A stretch of DNA of 64,000 nucleotides. Origin: Patescibacteria group bacterium. GTDB taxonomy: Bacteria; Patescibacteriota; Patescibacteriia; Patescibacteriales; UBA12465. The notes beneath the pieces were generated by a model that saw nothing but the letters and a program-made list of their open reading frames with translations, was not told where the DNA came from and made no database searches. Positions within the stretch are counted from its first letter, which is position 1. Every line of letters begins with the position of its first letter. A program made the position numbers and the translations under genes. Where the stretch lies: NCBI GenBank assembly GCA_041671365.1, contig JBAZBP010000001.1, positions 453,518-517,517 of the forward strand, given 5' to 3'. Shown in pieces: positions 1 through 9,350 of this stretch.

Positions 1-173
1 AAAAGATCGGCCTGAGCGATTTTAATTATTTTTCTGGATTTAAGATCGAGATCATGTAAAAGTATGTTGTCTGGGCCATGATAACGAAAATTACGGCGGT
101 CGGTAGCAAATTGTTCAATTATTTCTAAATAAGCCGCCTCAAAATTAGAATAGCTGACTATTTTACTAAACAT
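1..173 (-). CDS. partial CDS (N-terminus only, continues off the left edge); hypothetical, weak reverse-transcriptase-like N-terminus
   Basis: ATG at 173-171 (minus), open to position 1. Translation MFSKIVSYSNFEAAYLEIIEQFATDRRNFRYHGPDNILLHDLDLKSRKIIKIAQADL. The N-x-x-x-A-Y ... G-x-D pattern recalls RT N-termini, but only 57 aa are visible. Confidence 0.3.
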   Translation of the reverse strand, partial: MFSKIVSYSNFEAAYLEIIEQFATDRRNFRYHGPDNILLHDLDLKSRKIIKIAQADL

Positions 174-420
174 ATTTTAAAAATCACCCCCAAGATATTT
201 AGCTTATTAGGGCTAAATATGAATTAAATCTAACGAAGAGAGTAATATCTCCTTTAACTATTTCTCGAAAATAAATCGATATTAACGAAACGGAATTAAT
301 TTCAAAAAATAATTGCTAATATCCCAAAAAATGGGTTTTGAGGGCGATTTTTAAAATATCTAATTATTTATAAATAATAACAAAACAAAAAAAGAATATC
401 AAGCAAAAATATAAGTTATA

Positions 421-1746
421 TTAAATTAAAAAGCCATGATGCAACGATCTGTTTACAGGCGCTTGGTTTCGCTGTCCGGCTGGCTTGTGTCGGCCGGGCG
501 CATTATTTTGAGGACGTCCCCGAAAGGATTTTTTTCTTTTTTGAGTGTTAGCGCCGGCAAACGGTATTTTATTAAATTTTACAAATTCCGTTTTTTTAAG
601 ATTTTTATTAATCAACTTCTCGATTGCCCATATTTCTCTCTGCTCGTTAGCCGTTGCTAGAGTTATGGCTTTGCCGGTCTGCCCAGCGCGTCCGGTTCGC
701 CCGATGCGATGGACATAGTCCTCGGAATTATCAGGTAAATTGTAATTTACTACCAACTCAATACCGCTAACGTCTAAACCGCGAGCGGCCACGTCAGTCG
801 CTACCAAAATACGTTCTTTTTTTGACTTAAAACTACTGAGCGAATTGCGGCGCTGATTTAAAGAAAGATTAGAATGGATTTCCACGGCCCGATGACCTAA
901 TGATTTTAATTTTATAGTAATCGCCTTAACGCTATGCTTAGTCCGAACAAAAACCAAAACCGAGCCGGCGTAACTGGCTAAAATTTTCTGTAAATGTTCG
1001 AAACGCTCCTCTCCTTTAATTATAAATATTTCTTGATCAACCTGCGACGCAGTCGTACCCGACGGCGCCACTTCAATACTAACCGGTAATTTCATATAAT
1101 TAGCCGCAATCTTAACGATCGCGGCCGGTATCGTGGCGGAAAATAACATCGTCTGGCGATTCTGGGGAGTTTGTTTGAGAATTTCCTGAATTTGGGGAGC
1201 AAAGCCTAAATCTAGCATCATATCAGCCTCATCAAGCACCAATATTTTAACCTGATCCAATTTGAATGTTCGACGCTTCAGATGATCAATTAATCGTCCC
1301 GGAGTCGCGACAATGATATGCGGTTTTTTACGTAGCTGAAAAAGCTGACGATCAAGGGCTTCCCCGCCGATTAAAATGGCCGTTCTTAATCCTAAAGCCT
1401 GTCCCAATTTTTTTATACTTTCTTCAACTTGGAGAGCTAGCTCGCGAGTCGGAGCAATAATCAAGCCCTGCCCCTTGTTTATTCCTAGGCGCTGGAGCAT
1501 GGGAATGCCAAAGGCAAAGGTTTTTCCGGTTCCAGTTTGCGCTACACCGATTAAATCCTGGCCGGTGATGGCAATGGGAATAGCTTTACGTTGAATCGGG
1601 GTGGGCGTAGCCAAATTCATTTTTTTGAGAATTGCTAAAATCGAGTCGCTAATACCTAAATCAGAGAATTTTTTTTCTGTTCCGCTGCTCGCCTCTTTTG
1701 AATTTATTTCTTTCGGCGGATAAATAGGTTTTGTTTGATTTTTCAT
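421..1746 (-). CDS. DEAD-box ATP-dependent RNA helicase
   Basis: Motifs AQTGTGKT (I), PTRELA (Ia), DEAD (II), SAT (III) and HRIGRTGRAG (VI); basic C-terminal tail. Confidence 0.95.
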   Translation of the reverse strand: MKNQTKPIYPPKEINSKEASSGTEKKFSDLGISDSILAILKKMNLATPTPIQRKAIPIAITGQDLIGVAQTGTGKTFAFGIPMLQRLGINKGQGLIIAPTRELALQVEESIKKLGQALGLRTAILIGGEALDRQLFQLRKKPHIIVATPGRLIDHLKRRTFKLDQVKILVLDEADMMLDLGFAPQIQEILKQTPQNRQTMLFSATIPAAIVKIAANYMKLPVSIEVAPSGTTASQVDQEIFIIKGEERFEHLQKILASYAGSVLVFVRTKHSVKAITIKLKSLGHRAVEIHSNLSLNQRRNSLSSFKSKKERILVATDVAARGLDVSGIELVVNYNLPDNSEDYVHRIGRTGRAGQTGKAITLATANEQREIWAIEKLINKNLKKTEFVKFNKIPFAGANTQKRKKSFRGRPQNNAPGRHKPAGQRNQAPVNRSLHHGFLI

Positions 1747-1864
1747 AATAAAAATAAGTGACCAGATTTTCTCCAGACCACTTAAATGACCGAGATTCTA
1801 ATCAATTTTAATCTAATGAATTAACAGTAGCACGTAATTATAATTCAGTCAAATTCAACTAAAA

Positions 1865-4549
1865 TCAAACATTAAGGCGCGAATTTGAATTAAATTGAGT
1901 TTTTACAATTTCAATCATTAAAATATTAACCAAGGCGACGGCCAAAACTATTAACCAAGCATTTAGGGACAGCGGTTCGGTTTTTAATAAATTATTTAAA
2001 AATGGCCAATAGACAGCCGCCCCCAATAAGACAAAACTAAGGCCGATGGTCATAAATAAATAAGGGTTAGTAAATTGTTTAATTTTATAGAACGGCAGGG
2101 TAAAACTGCGTAAACTAAAAATTGCGGTAACAGACTTAACTATTAAAATGGCCACAAATAAAGTTCTTAAATAACCGAGGCTCCAGCCTAAAATTTCCAA
2201 ATGAACCGCTAAATAATAAAATAGAACGAATAACAGGGTTTCCCTGATAAAACCCACACCGAATAAAATTACTTTCATTTCTTTATTAAAAATAGATTCG
2301 CTTCTTTTTATCGGCGGGCGGGACATTACTCCATCGTCGCTAGACTCAAAGGCTAAAGAAAAACTGGGAAAACCGTCATTTAAAATATTGATCCATAAAA
2401 TTTGCGTCGGCAGAAATGCTAATGGCAAATTAAAGACAATTGAACCGGCAATAAGAACTATCTCTGAAAAACAATCAGCCATGAGATAAGTCAGCGATTT
2501 CCGAATATTATCAAAAATAATTCGACCTTGCCGGATAGCGCTGACAATAACATTAAAATTATCATCAAGCAAAACCAAATCAGCAGTTTCTTTGGCCACC
2601 TCTGTTCCGGAGCCGAGACAAATGCCAATATCGGCCATTTTTAAGGCCGGGGAATCGTTTAAACCGTCGCCAGTCATGGCGACCACTTCCCCGTTTTTCT
2701 TCAAAGCGCCAACAATACGCAATTTATGATCCGGACTTACTCGGGCATAGACCGAGACATTCTTTACCAACTCTCTTAATTCAATTTCATTAATTTTTTC
2801 CAAAAATTCACCGCTGACAACCTCAATCTGACCTAAATTCATATTTAGTTCTCTGGCAATCGACAAGGCGGTGTTAGGATGATCGCCGGTAATAATTATC
2901 GGACGAATCCCCGCCTTTTTACATAACGAGATAGCTTGTTTGGCTTCGCGACGCAAGGGATCTTTAAAGGCCGCCAAACCCACAAAAGTTAAATCTTGAT
3001 CGATTAAATTCCAATTTTTTTCTTCATTATCTAAATCAAAAGGTAAAGTTTTAAAATCGCGATAGGCTAGAGCGATTACCCGCAAACCTTTCAGGGTTAA
3101 ATCGTTATAAATAGATAAAATTTTTTCCTTATCTTTTTCCTCCAGAATTCTGATTTTTCCAGAATCTTCAAGCCAAGTACATTTTTCCAGGACAATCTCT
3201 CCGGCTCCCTTTTCGTAAAGACTAAAAGCATTTTTTTGCTTATGCAAACTAATCATGAATTTTCTATCGCTATTAAAAGGCAGCTCGCTCAAACGAGGTT
3301 CATTCTTCATTAATTCCGTTTGATTAATACCCAAATCTAAAGCGACTTTTAAAAAGGATACTTCGAGCGCTGACCCGACCCCCTTTGCGGTGTCCGGATT
3401 AATTAGCGCGTTGTTACATAATATCCCAGTCTTGAGGGCCAACATAAAATCTTTTAGTTTCGAAAGGTCTTTGGGGTCGCTAAGAATAGCCGGGGTTAAG
3501 CGTCCGGAAAAGGAGACAATTTCTTCCAAGCGCATTTTACCTTCGGTTAATGTTCCGGTTTTGTCGGAACAGATAGTCGTAATCGAACCTAATGTTTCCG
3601 CCGCTAATAATTTTCTGGTTAAAGCTTTCTTTTTAACCAAATGCTGCATGCCTACGGCAATAATCACGGTAACGGCCACAGATAATCCCTCGGGAATAGC
3701 GGCTACTGATATGGCAATGGCGGAGATTAAAATATTTAAAAAATCCAAGCCCTTTAAGACCCCGGTAATAACAATAATCAAACAAACGGCTAGTACGCTT
3801 AAACCGAGAAAACGGGATATCTTGTTTAAACGCTCCTGCAAAGGAGTTGAACCGCTGTCGGCGATTTTAACCATTTCCGCTATTTTTCCAATTTCAGTTT
3901 GAGCACCGGTCGCCACCGTAACGGCTGAACCATGCCCGCTAACAACGCTTGTCCCGGCATAGACCAAGCTTTTGCGGTTAGCAATCGTATTTTTTAAAGC
4001 ACAGGGTAAAATGCTTTTTGAAACCGGCAAAGACTCGCCGGTCAGACTTGCTTCGTTTAGCTCCAAACCAAAATTTTGTATAAGGCGAGCATCGGCCGGA
4101 ATAACGGCACCAGCTTTTAAAACTAAAATATCACCGACAACCACTTCGGCGGTCGGAATCTCTAATTCTTGTCCATTTCTTTGAACAAAAGTCTGATGTT
4201 CGACTATTTTTTTGAGTTTGCTCAAGGCATTATTAGCCCGATCTTCCTGAATAAAACCGATTAATATATTTATGAGCACCGCCGCGCCGATGACCTGAGC
4301 ATCTATTTTATCACCGAGCGCTAACGAGATTACGCCTGCGCCCAATAAGATATAAATCAAAGGATTTTTAAACTGAGAAATAAAAACCCTGGTACGATTA
4401 TAAGGTAGAGCGGCCGCTAAAATATTAGAACCTTGGCTGATTAGCCGTCTTTTAGCCTCTTCTGTCGTTAAACCGGCCAAAGAAGAGTTAACAATTTTAA
4501 AAACGTTTTCTATTTTTAAAGCATGATAATCTTCCATTTTTATTAACAA
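1865..4549 (-). CDS. cation-transporting P-type ATPase (P2-type, Ca2+/Mg2+-like)
   Basis: DKTGTLT phosphorylation site, PEGL in TM4, TGDHPNTA, GDGLNDSPALK, an N-terminal LTTEEAKRRL cation-ATPase-N segment and multiple C-terminal TM helices. Confidence 0.9.
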   Translation of the reverse strand: MLIKMEDYHALKIENVFKIVNSSLAGLTTEEAKRRLISQGSNILAAALPYNRTRVFISQFKNPLIYILLGAGVISLALGDKIDAQVIGAAVLINILIGFIQEDRANNALSKLKKIVEHQTFVQRNGQELEIPTAEVVVGDILVLKAGAVIPADARLIQNFGLELNEASLTGESLPVSKSILPCALKNTIANRKSLVYAGTSVVSGHGSAVTVATGAQTEIGKIAEMVKIADSGSTPLQERLNKISRFLGLSVLAVCLIIVITGVLKGLDFLNILISAIAISVAAIPEGLSVAVTVIIAVGMQHLVKKKALTRKLLAAETLGSITTICSDKTGTLTEGKMRLEEIVSFSGRLTPAILSDPKDLSKLKDFMLALKTGILCNNALINPDTAKGVGSALEVSFLKVALDLGINQTELMKNEPRLSELPFNSDRKFMISLHKQKNAFSLYEKGAGEIVLEKCTWLEDSGKIRILEEKDKEKILSIYNDLTLKGLRVIALAYRDFKTLPFDLDNEEKNWNLIDQDLTFVGLAAFKDPLRREAKQAISLCKKAGIRPIIITGDHPNTALSIARELNMNLGQIEVVSGEFLEKINEIELRELVKNVSVYARVSPDHKLRIVGALKKNGEVVAMTGDGLNDSPALKMADIGICLGSGTEVAKETADLVLLDDNFNVIVSAIRQGRIIFDNIRKSLTYLMADCFSEIVLIAGSIVFNLPLAFLPTQILWINILNDGFPSFSLAFESSDDGVMSRPPIKRSESIFNKEMKVILFGVGFIRETLLFVLFYYLAVHLEILGWSLGYLRTLFVAILIVKSVTAIFSLRSFTLPFYKIKQFTNPYLFMTIGLSFVLLGAAVYWPFLNNLLKTEPLSLNAWLIVLAVALVNILMIEIVKTQFNSNSRLNV

Positions 4550-4551
4550 TA

Positions 4552-5205
4552 TTATTTATTTTTTTTGCTAGTTTTTTTATTTATTTTTTTGGCGGGAATA
4601 GTTTTTTTTACTATTTTTTTGGAGATTTTTCTTTCTTCTAATTTAATTACTTCTTTTTTATCTTCCTTTTTGGCGAGCGGCGCTGTTGCTAAAACTGGTT
4701 TTAGAAAATTTAAAATCATATCTAACTTGACATTTAGAGCTTCAAACTGTTCATGACTAATACTGTGACTAGCGCTAACATTTACCAGGCTGCCGGAGTT
4801 ATCCCGGCCCTGCTTACTTTTACCGAAACAATTACTGCAATAAACCGGTTTGTCGCCGCTCGGTCTAAAGGGCACTTCGCAGCTCTGACCACAATCCGCG
4901 CAAACCGCTTTAAATAATTTTTTATCATTAAAACTGGATCTTGAAAAATCTCGTTCATTTGAACGTTTAGGACCCGCGCCCTCTTTACCCCTAAAACAAT
5001 TACTGCAATAAACCGGTTTGTCGCCGCTCGGTCTAAAGGGCACTTCGCAGCTCTGACCGCAATCCGCACAAACCGCTTTATGCATAGTCGGTCGGGTCGA
5101 TGAGTCGTTGCCACGACTAAAATTTCTATTTCCTGAATCTCGGCGATCAAAACCGCCTCCGCCTTTCTTATCGCCAAATCCTCCTCCGCGACTAAAATTT
5201 TTCAT
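4552..5205 (-). CDS. CxxC-x17-CxxC zinc-ribbon domain protein (two copies), Gly/Arg-rich N-terminus, Lys-rich C-terminus
   Basis: CADCGQSCEVPFRPSGDKPVYCSNCF occurs twice, with exactly 17 residues between the CxxC pairs. The stop lies 2 nt from the start of the ATPase gene. Confidence 0.8.
   Translation of the reverse strand: MKNFSRGGGFGDKKGGGGFDRRDSGNRNFSRGNDSSTRPTMHKAVCADCGQSCEVPFRPSGDKPVYCSNCFRGKEGAGPKRSNERDFSRSSFNDKKLFKAVCADCGQSCEVPFRPSGDKPVYCSNCFGKSKQGRDNSGSLVNVSASHSISHEQFEALNVKLDMILNFLKPVLATAPLAKKEDKKEVIKLEERKISKKIVKKTIPAKKINKKTSKKNK
4826..5090. repeat. 97-bp near-identical direct repeat (4826-4922 and 4994-5090, 2 mismatches), offset 168 bp, inside the CxxC gene
   Basis: By-eye alignment of aaacaattactgcaataaaccggtttgtcgccgctcggtctaaagggcacttcgcagctctgacc.caatccgc.caaaccgcttta. 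It encodes the duplicated zinc-ribbon module. Confidence 0.9.
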
Positions 5206-5344
5206 ATATTTAAATTAATTTCCGCTATAAAAAATAGAGAAATGTTTTATTAATATCCCATTATTATACTTAAAGTCTAGTTGTTTTATGAATAAAAAAC
5301 AATAGCCCTAAATAACCACGTAATAAATCAGCAATAATAATTTT

Positions 5345-5701
5345 CTAGTGTATTTTTTTAAATCTAACGGTAAAAATCGGTTCATAACATATCTGATTTT
5401 CATCAATTATTTTAATTTCTTCTCCGCTCGTTAGCTGAGTCAAAGCCAAATCACTGATCAGTTGATTGTCACCGGCAATATTTAATTTTAAACCTTCCAG
5501 TTTATCGCTTTCTTCCTTAAAATCCGCTTTAACGGCAGATTCGATTTTTTTCTTTTTAGTTTTCAAGTCGTCCAAATTTTTTAAAAGTTCCTGATATTCG
5601 CCGTTAACGCTTAAAGCGTCGCGATACATTTTTTTTAAATTACTTTGTTCATGTTTTTTGTCTTGCAGCCTTTTAAAAACTTCTTGTAAATTTTGTGACA
5701 T
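5345..5701 (-). CDS. hypothetical protein, coiled-coil N-terminal half
   Basis: 118-aa ORF with a heptad-like K/E-rich N-terminus; no recognisable catalytic motif. Confidence 0.5.
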   Translation of the reverse strand: MSQNLQEVFKRLQDKKHEQSNLKKMYRDALSVNGEYQELLKNLDDLKTKKKKIESAVKADFKEESDKLEGLKLNIAGDNQLISDLALTQLTSGEEIKIIDENQICYEPIFTVRFKKIH

Positions 5702-5794
5702 TTTTTTAAATTAATTTAAATTATAAAAAATAGCATAGCACAAAATAATAAATTGAGCGATTTAATAAAAAAGGATTAAACTGCTGATAGCAAT

Positions 5795-6413
5795 TTAATC
5801 CGTTAAATGGCTTAAAGCCATTATTCTTAAGGTCTTAAGGTCGTCAATTAAAAGACCATTACTTTGTAATTCCACTCTAGTTTTAATTATCCCCTCAGCT
5901 TGATCTAAAGTATTTATAATCTCATAACAATTCTCCTTTAGAGAATCGAGATTACGATATCCTCCGAAGTTTAAGATGTTATAAAATTGATCCGCCAAGC
6001 GAATAAAAATAAAATAAGGCCGAGTTTTTAACCAACGATTAACTTTACTTTTGTAGGTATAATTATATCTTACCATGTTTTTACTCATAAAATTAACCAT
6101 GTCGGACACTTCCTGTCCACATAATTTCTTCACATTGTCCAAAGTAATAAGTGGGCAATCCTCGACTATATCATGCAGTATGGCGGCTATAACAAATTTC
6201 TCGTTAAATCCCCACTTATGTAAAAGTAGCGGTACCTTCTAAGTGGGCAGAAACGGAAGTACCGTCTCTCCGCTCAACTCTCCCCTGATAAATCATCATA
6301 AACAACCAGGCTTCCAATATTTTTGAAGCAATTTCAGAGGGATAATTTTCCCGAATCCAAAAATAAAAACTTTTTTGGGACTTATCAATATATTGAGATT
6401 CTATTGTTTTCAC
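5795..6413 (-). pseudogene. RelA/SpoT-type HD-domain (p)ppGpp hydrolase-like gene (small alarmone hydrolase/Mesh1-like) with a 1-nt frameshift
   Basis: ORF 6216-6413 ends ...RRDGTSVSAHLEGTATFT*. The next frame reads KVPLLLHKWGFNEKFVIAAILHDIVEDCP... into ORF 5795-6142, which contains FIFIRLADQFYNILNF. The H-L-x-x-V...AAxLHDxxED...RLADxxxN pattern is the SpoT HD signature. The frame change lies near 6231-6239. Confidence 0.7.
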
Positions 6414-6537
6414 CGTGATGCTCCTTTCGAATTATATATTTTAAAGAACTTTAACTGTCTAAATATAGTAATATACCGGCATTCTTTTGTAAATACCAAA
6501 CCGGCTGACATTATTAGCTTGGGTAACTACCAATAAA

Positions 6538-7248
6538 TCAGCCGATATTTGAATTATTTTTCACTATTCGTTTATTGAGCCAAAAACGATAAACGAGCAA
6601 TAGGAAAAAAGAGCTTCCCGTAATCCAATAAATATATTTCATAGTCAAAGTTTTGGTGTCGCTACCCATAAAAACACCATGAAAAAATGATAAAATAAAA
6701 AATAAATAAACCAAATAATGAAGTAAACGCCAAACGCGAGGAGATTTTAAGCGAAAAAATAACGAACTAAAGATAATAATAATCAACAGGTAGAGGGCTA
6801 AAATTCCTAAACTCAAAAATATTGTATTATACGCTGAATAAAAAGGAATTAAAATTTCCACTATCGTTAAATTAATAAACTTGTCAAATAATAAAGAAAC
6901 AACATGGACGATAAGAGTTATTCCCAGAGCTAAACTTAAATATTTATGAACTATCCAGGCTTTGGTAGGATTAATCAGCTTATAAGTGTAGCTGGTGGTT
7001 AATCCCGTGCCGATAATAACGACCAAAAACATTAAGATATAAGAAGTTATTCCGGCGGCTCTGGCTGCATACCAAGGAAGACTGCTGACAGTTACGGCTA
7101 ATCCGTTATAATCACTGCCTGGTTGATAATTTACTTGGGCTTGAACTACATTAAAACTGAATCCGAAATTAAAATAAACCAAACCAAAAATCAATGAACT
7201 TAACCCTAAAGTATACAAAATTTTAGTAAATTTTCTTGACTCCTTCAT
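6538..7248 (-). CDS. ferric-reductase-like transmembrane (di-haem b type) protein
   Basis: Multi-TM protein with two His pairs spaced 13-14 residues apart in separate helices (HKYLSLALGITLIVH; HYLVYLFFILSFFH). Its start overlaps the apbE stop by 4 nt. Confidence 0.75.
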   Translation of the reverse strand: MKESRKFTKILYTLGLSSLIFGLVYFNFGFSFNVVQAQVNYQPGSDYNGLAVTVSSLPWYAARAAGITSYILMFLVVIIGTGLTTSYTYKLINPTKAWIVHKYLSLALGITLIVHVVSLLFDKFINLTIVEILIPFYSAYNTIFLSLGILALYLLIIIIFSSLFFRLKSPRVWRLLHYLVYLFFILSFFHGVFMGSDTKTLTMKYIYWITGSSFFLLLVYRFWLNKRIVKNNSNIG

Positions 7249-8186
7249 ATTTTTTTTAAAAAAATATTTGCTCGCTTAGAAAAAATCGGTTTTTTATGTT
7301 TAATAAAGATTAAGCACGCCGAATCATTCTTATTTTCAATAAAATCCAAACCCTCCTTTTCGCCCAGAATTAAAACAGTTTTAGCAAAAACATCGGCTCT
7401 CACCGCGCTCGAAGAAATAACGGTTACTGATAATACGTCGTTTATAACCGGTAAACCACTACGCGGATCAATAATATGGTGCCAGCTAAAATTTCCGACT
7501 TTTCCGGTTCGCTTAATTGTTCCGGAAGTGGCTACACCTAATTTCCTCCCTTTATTATTAATATAAAAAATATCCCGTTCGGATCGAAGCGGGTCTTGGA
7601 CGCCAATATCCCAACCCGAATTATTATCCTGATAACCGGAAACAATCAAGTCGCCTCCGGCGGAAATCCAATAATCTTTAAATGGACTTAGAATTTTTTT
7701 ACTTAAAAAATCAATAATATATCCTTTTCCAATGCCTCCGAAATCAAGTTTAAATCCCAGCGGACGACGAATGGTCCTTCCTTCAATTTTTAAATCATCC
7801 ATTTTAGGTCGAGATAAAAATATTTCTTTTATTTTTTTTAAATCCGGCTTTTTCCTGTCTGATCCGGAATTGATAAGATCAAACTTTTTGTCATATCCAA
7901 CGGCTTCTAGGCTGCCGATAATAGTCGGATCGAAAATATTTTTTGTTTCCAAATAATAGTGCCTGGCTTCTTTAAGTAATTCAGCCATAGTTTTACTGAC
8001 TACTTGTTTTTCATGCGAAGAGTTATTCAGTTTGAATAATTCATTCCCGATAATAAAGCGGCTGAACTTAGTTTCAAAATCTATAACCGCTTTTTCCGCT
8101 TCGACTAATATATTCTGTTGTTCGGCTCCGAGACGGACAGTAATAACAATATCTGTCCCTAGAGCCTTAAATTCCCGCCAAATCAC
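7245..8186 (-). CDS. apbE: FAD:protein FMN transferase (ApbE family)
   Basis: ApbE motifs LDFGGIGKGY, VATSGT and WHHIIDPRSG. No obvious signal peptide or lipobox at the N-terminus. Confidence 0.9.
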   Translation of the reverse strand: MIWREFKALGTDIVITVRLGAEQQNILVEAEKAVIDFETKFSRFIIGNELFKLNNSSHEKQVVSKTMAELLKEARHYYLETKNIFDPTIIGSLEAVGYDKKFDLINSGSDRKKPDLKKIKEIFLSRPKMDDLKIEGRTIRRPLGFKLDFGGIGKGYIIDFLSKKILSPFKDYWISAGGDLIVSGYQDNNSGWDIGVQDPLRSERDIFYINNKGRKLGVATSGTIKRTGKVGNFSWHHIIDPRSGLPVINDVLSVTVISSSAVRADVFAKTVLILGEKEGLDFIENKNDSACLIFIKHKKPIFSKRANIFLKKI

Positions 8187-8220
8187 AAAATGGTTTATTA
8201 TTTTGAATAAAAAGTTATAA

Positions 8221-9252
8221 TTAGGAAACTCTGGTTCTTGGCCTGGGTGCTGTCATTGGCACTGGAGTCGGAGCAGATGTAAACATCGGAACTGTTTGAG
8301 TGCCTGTTGAGATTTGTTCAGTTAGAGCTTTATTTTTTGCAGCCTGAACATCAATCAAACGGTTATTGGCCGCTTGATTTATAGAGCTTACCGAAATAGG
8401 GTTATAATTTTTTTTAGTCGAAGCGGCCGAAGTTTTACTGATTAAATTAAATGATATAGTAAATAAAACTGCGGCAAAACTTAGGGCATAACCGATATTT
8501 CGCAGATACTGCCCAAAATTATTATCAGGAATCATAGAAAATTCTTCCATTTTTATTTGATTTTTTTTCACACCGAGACTTAATAGATTATTTATCATCG
8601 CCTTCATAAACGGAGTAGGACCGCAGATAAAAAAAGTTTTTTCGCTGATGTTGCCAATAAAATTTTTTATTATTGGGGCGTCTATTCTTTGATATAATAT
8701 TCGCTGATCTTCCGATACGCCCGGTTCTTCGGTAAAAGAAAACAAGACTGAAATATTGGGATTAATTTTCCCCAAATTACTTATCTCGCTAAAAAAGGCA
8801 GTACCTTGGACAGTTCTGGTGCTATAGATCAAAGAAACCTTATTTTTTAAATCACGATCAACGACATAATTTAAGGCGCTAATAAAAGGCGTGATTCCGA
8901 TTCCGCCGGCAATGAATACGGGATTAGGCACTTTCTTCTCATCAAAAATAAAATTTCCATAAGGACCGGTAACGATTATTTCTTGATTGGGGTTTAAATT
9001 GAGTAATCCTTGAGTAAAATTTCCACCCACCCTGATTCCCAAACGAATAGAAGTATTCTTAACGGGAGAGCTGGCAATAGAAAAGGCGTGCTTATCTTCG
9101 TCTTGACCCTGTTGATTTTTATAAGAAATCATGACATATTGTCCGGGTTCAAAATCAAAAATAGGTTCATTTTTAGAATTAACTAACTCTAAAATAACGA
9201 TACCTGGCGTATTTTTGTCAATTTTTTTTATATTTAAATGATATTCCGTCAT
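8221..9252 (-). CDS. ferredoxin-NADP reductase-like FAD/NAD(P)-binding oxidoreductase with a C-terminal TM anchor
   Basis: FAD-binding HAFSIASSP (RxYS-type), NAD-binding GGIGITPF and FICGPTPFM. A hydrophobic helix (YALSFAAVLFTISFNLI) is followed by a Pro/Thr-rich tail. Confidence 0.85.
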   Translation of the reverse strand: MTEYHLNIKKIDKNTPGIVILELVNSKNEPIFDFEPGQYVMISYKNQQGQDEDKHAFSIASSPVKNTSIRLGIRVGGNFTQGLLNLNPNQEIIVTGPYGNFIFDEKKVPNPVFIAGGIGITPFISALNYVVDRDLKNKVSLIYSTRTVQGTAFFSEISNLGKINPNISVLFSFTEEPGVSEDQRILYQRIDAPIIKNFIGNISEKTFFICGPTPFMKAMINNLLSLGVKKNQIKMEEFSMIPDNNFGQYLRNIGYALSFAAVLFTISFNLISKTSAASTKKNYNPISVSSINQAANNRLIDVQAAKNKALTEQISTGTQTVPMFTSAPTPVPMTAPRPRTRVS

Positions 9253-9301
9253 ATTTACTCGAACTTATTTAATTAATAGTATATTTTTTATGATTATCAG
9301 T

Positions 9302-9331
9302 CAATGTATTTATAACACAATGTATTTATAA
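9302..9331 (-). promoter_or_regulatory. tandem 14-bp direct repeat caatgtatttataa (9302-9315, 9318-9331) upstream of the FNR-like gene; candidate duplicated -10 element or operator
   Basis: Two exact copies with 16-bp periodicity, 50-80 nt upstream of the start at 9252. The minus-strand reading contains TATAAAT. Confidence 0.3.
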
Positions 9332-9350
9332 TACGCCTGGATATTAATTT

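Noticed and set aside
4826-5090. Direct repeats that might suggest a CRISPR-like or satellite array
   Set aside because: There are only two copies, both in-frame inside a coding region and encoding a duplicated zinc-ribbon domain. There is no spacer-repeat periodicity.
4782-5177. 131-aa ORF in an alternative frame of the CxxC gene. Similar internal or antisense ORFs include 436-660, 3390-3902, 11149-11529, 13018-13230, 39843-40088, 56072-56335 and 60861-61229
   Set aside because: They lie entirely within, or antisense to, genes with strong family signatures. Their compositions are low-complexity or frame-shadow-like, and they have no independent motif support.
6453-6466. 14-mer aactgtctaaatat shared with 47347-47360; both copies lie upstream of minus-strand genes (HD hydrolase and aspS)
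   Set aside because: A single 14-nt AT-rich match is expected by chance in a 64-kb AT-rich window. The distances to the two start codons differ, and there is no third copy.
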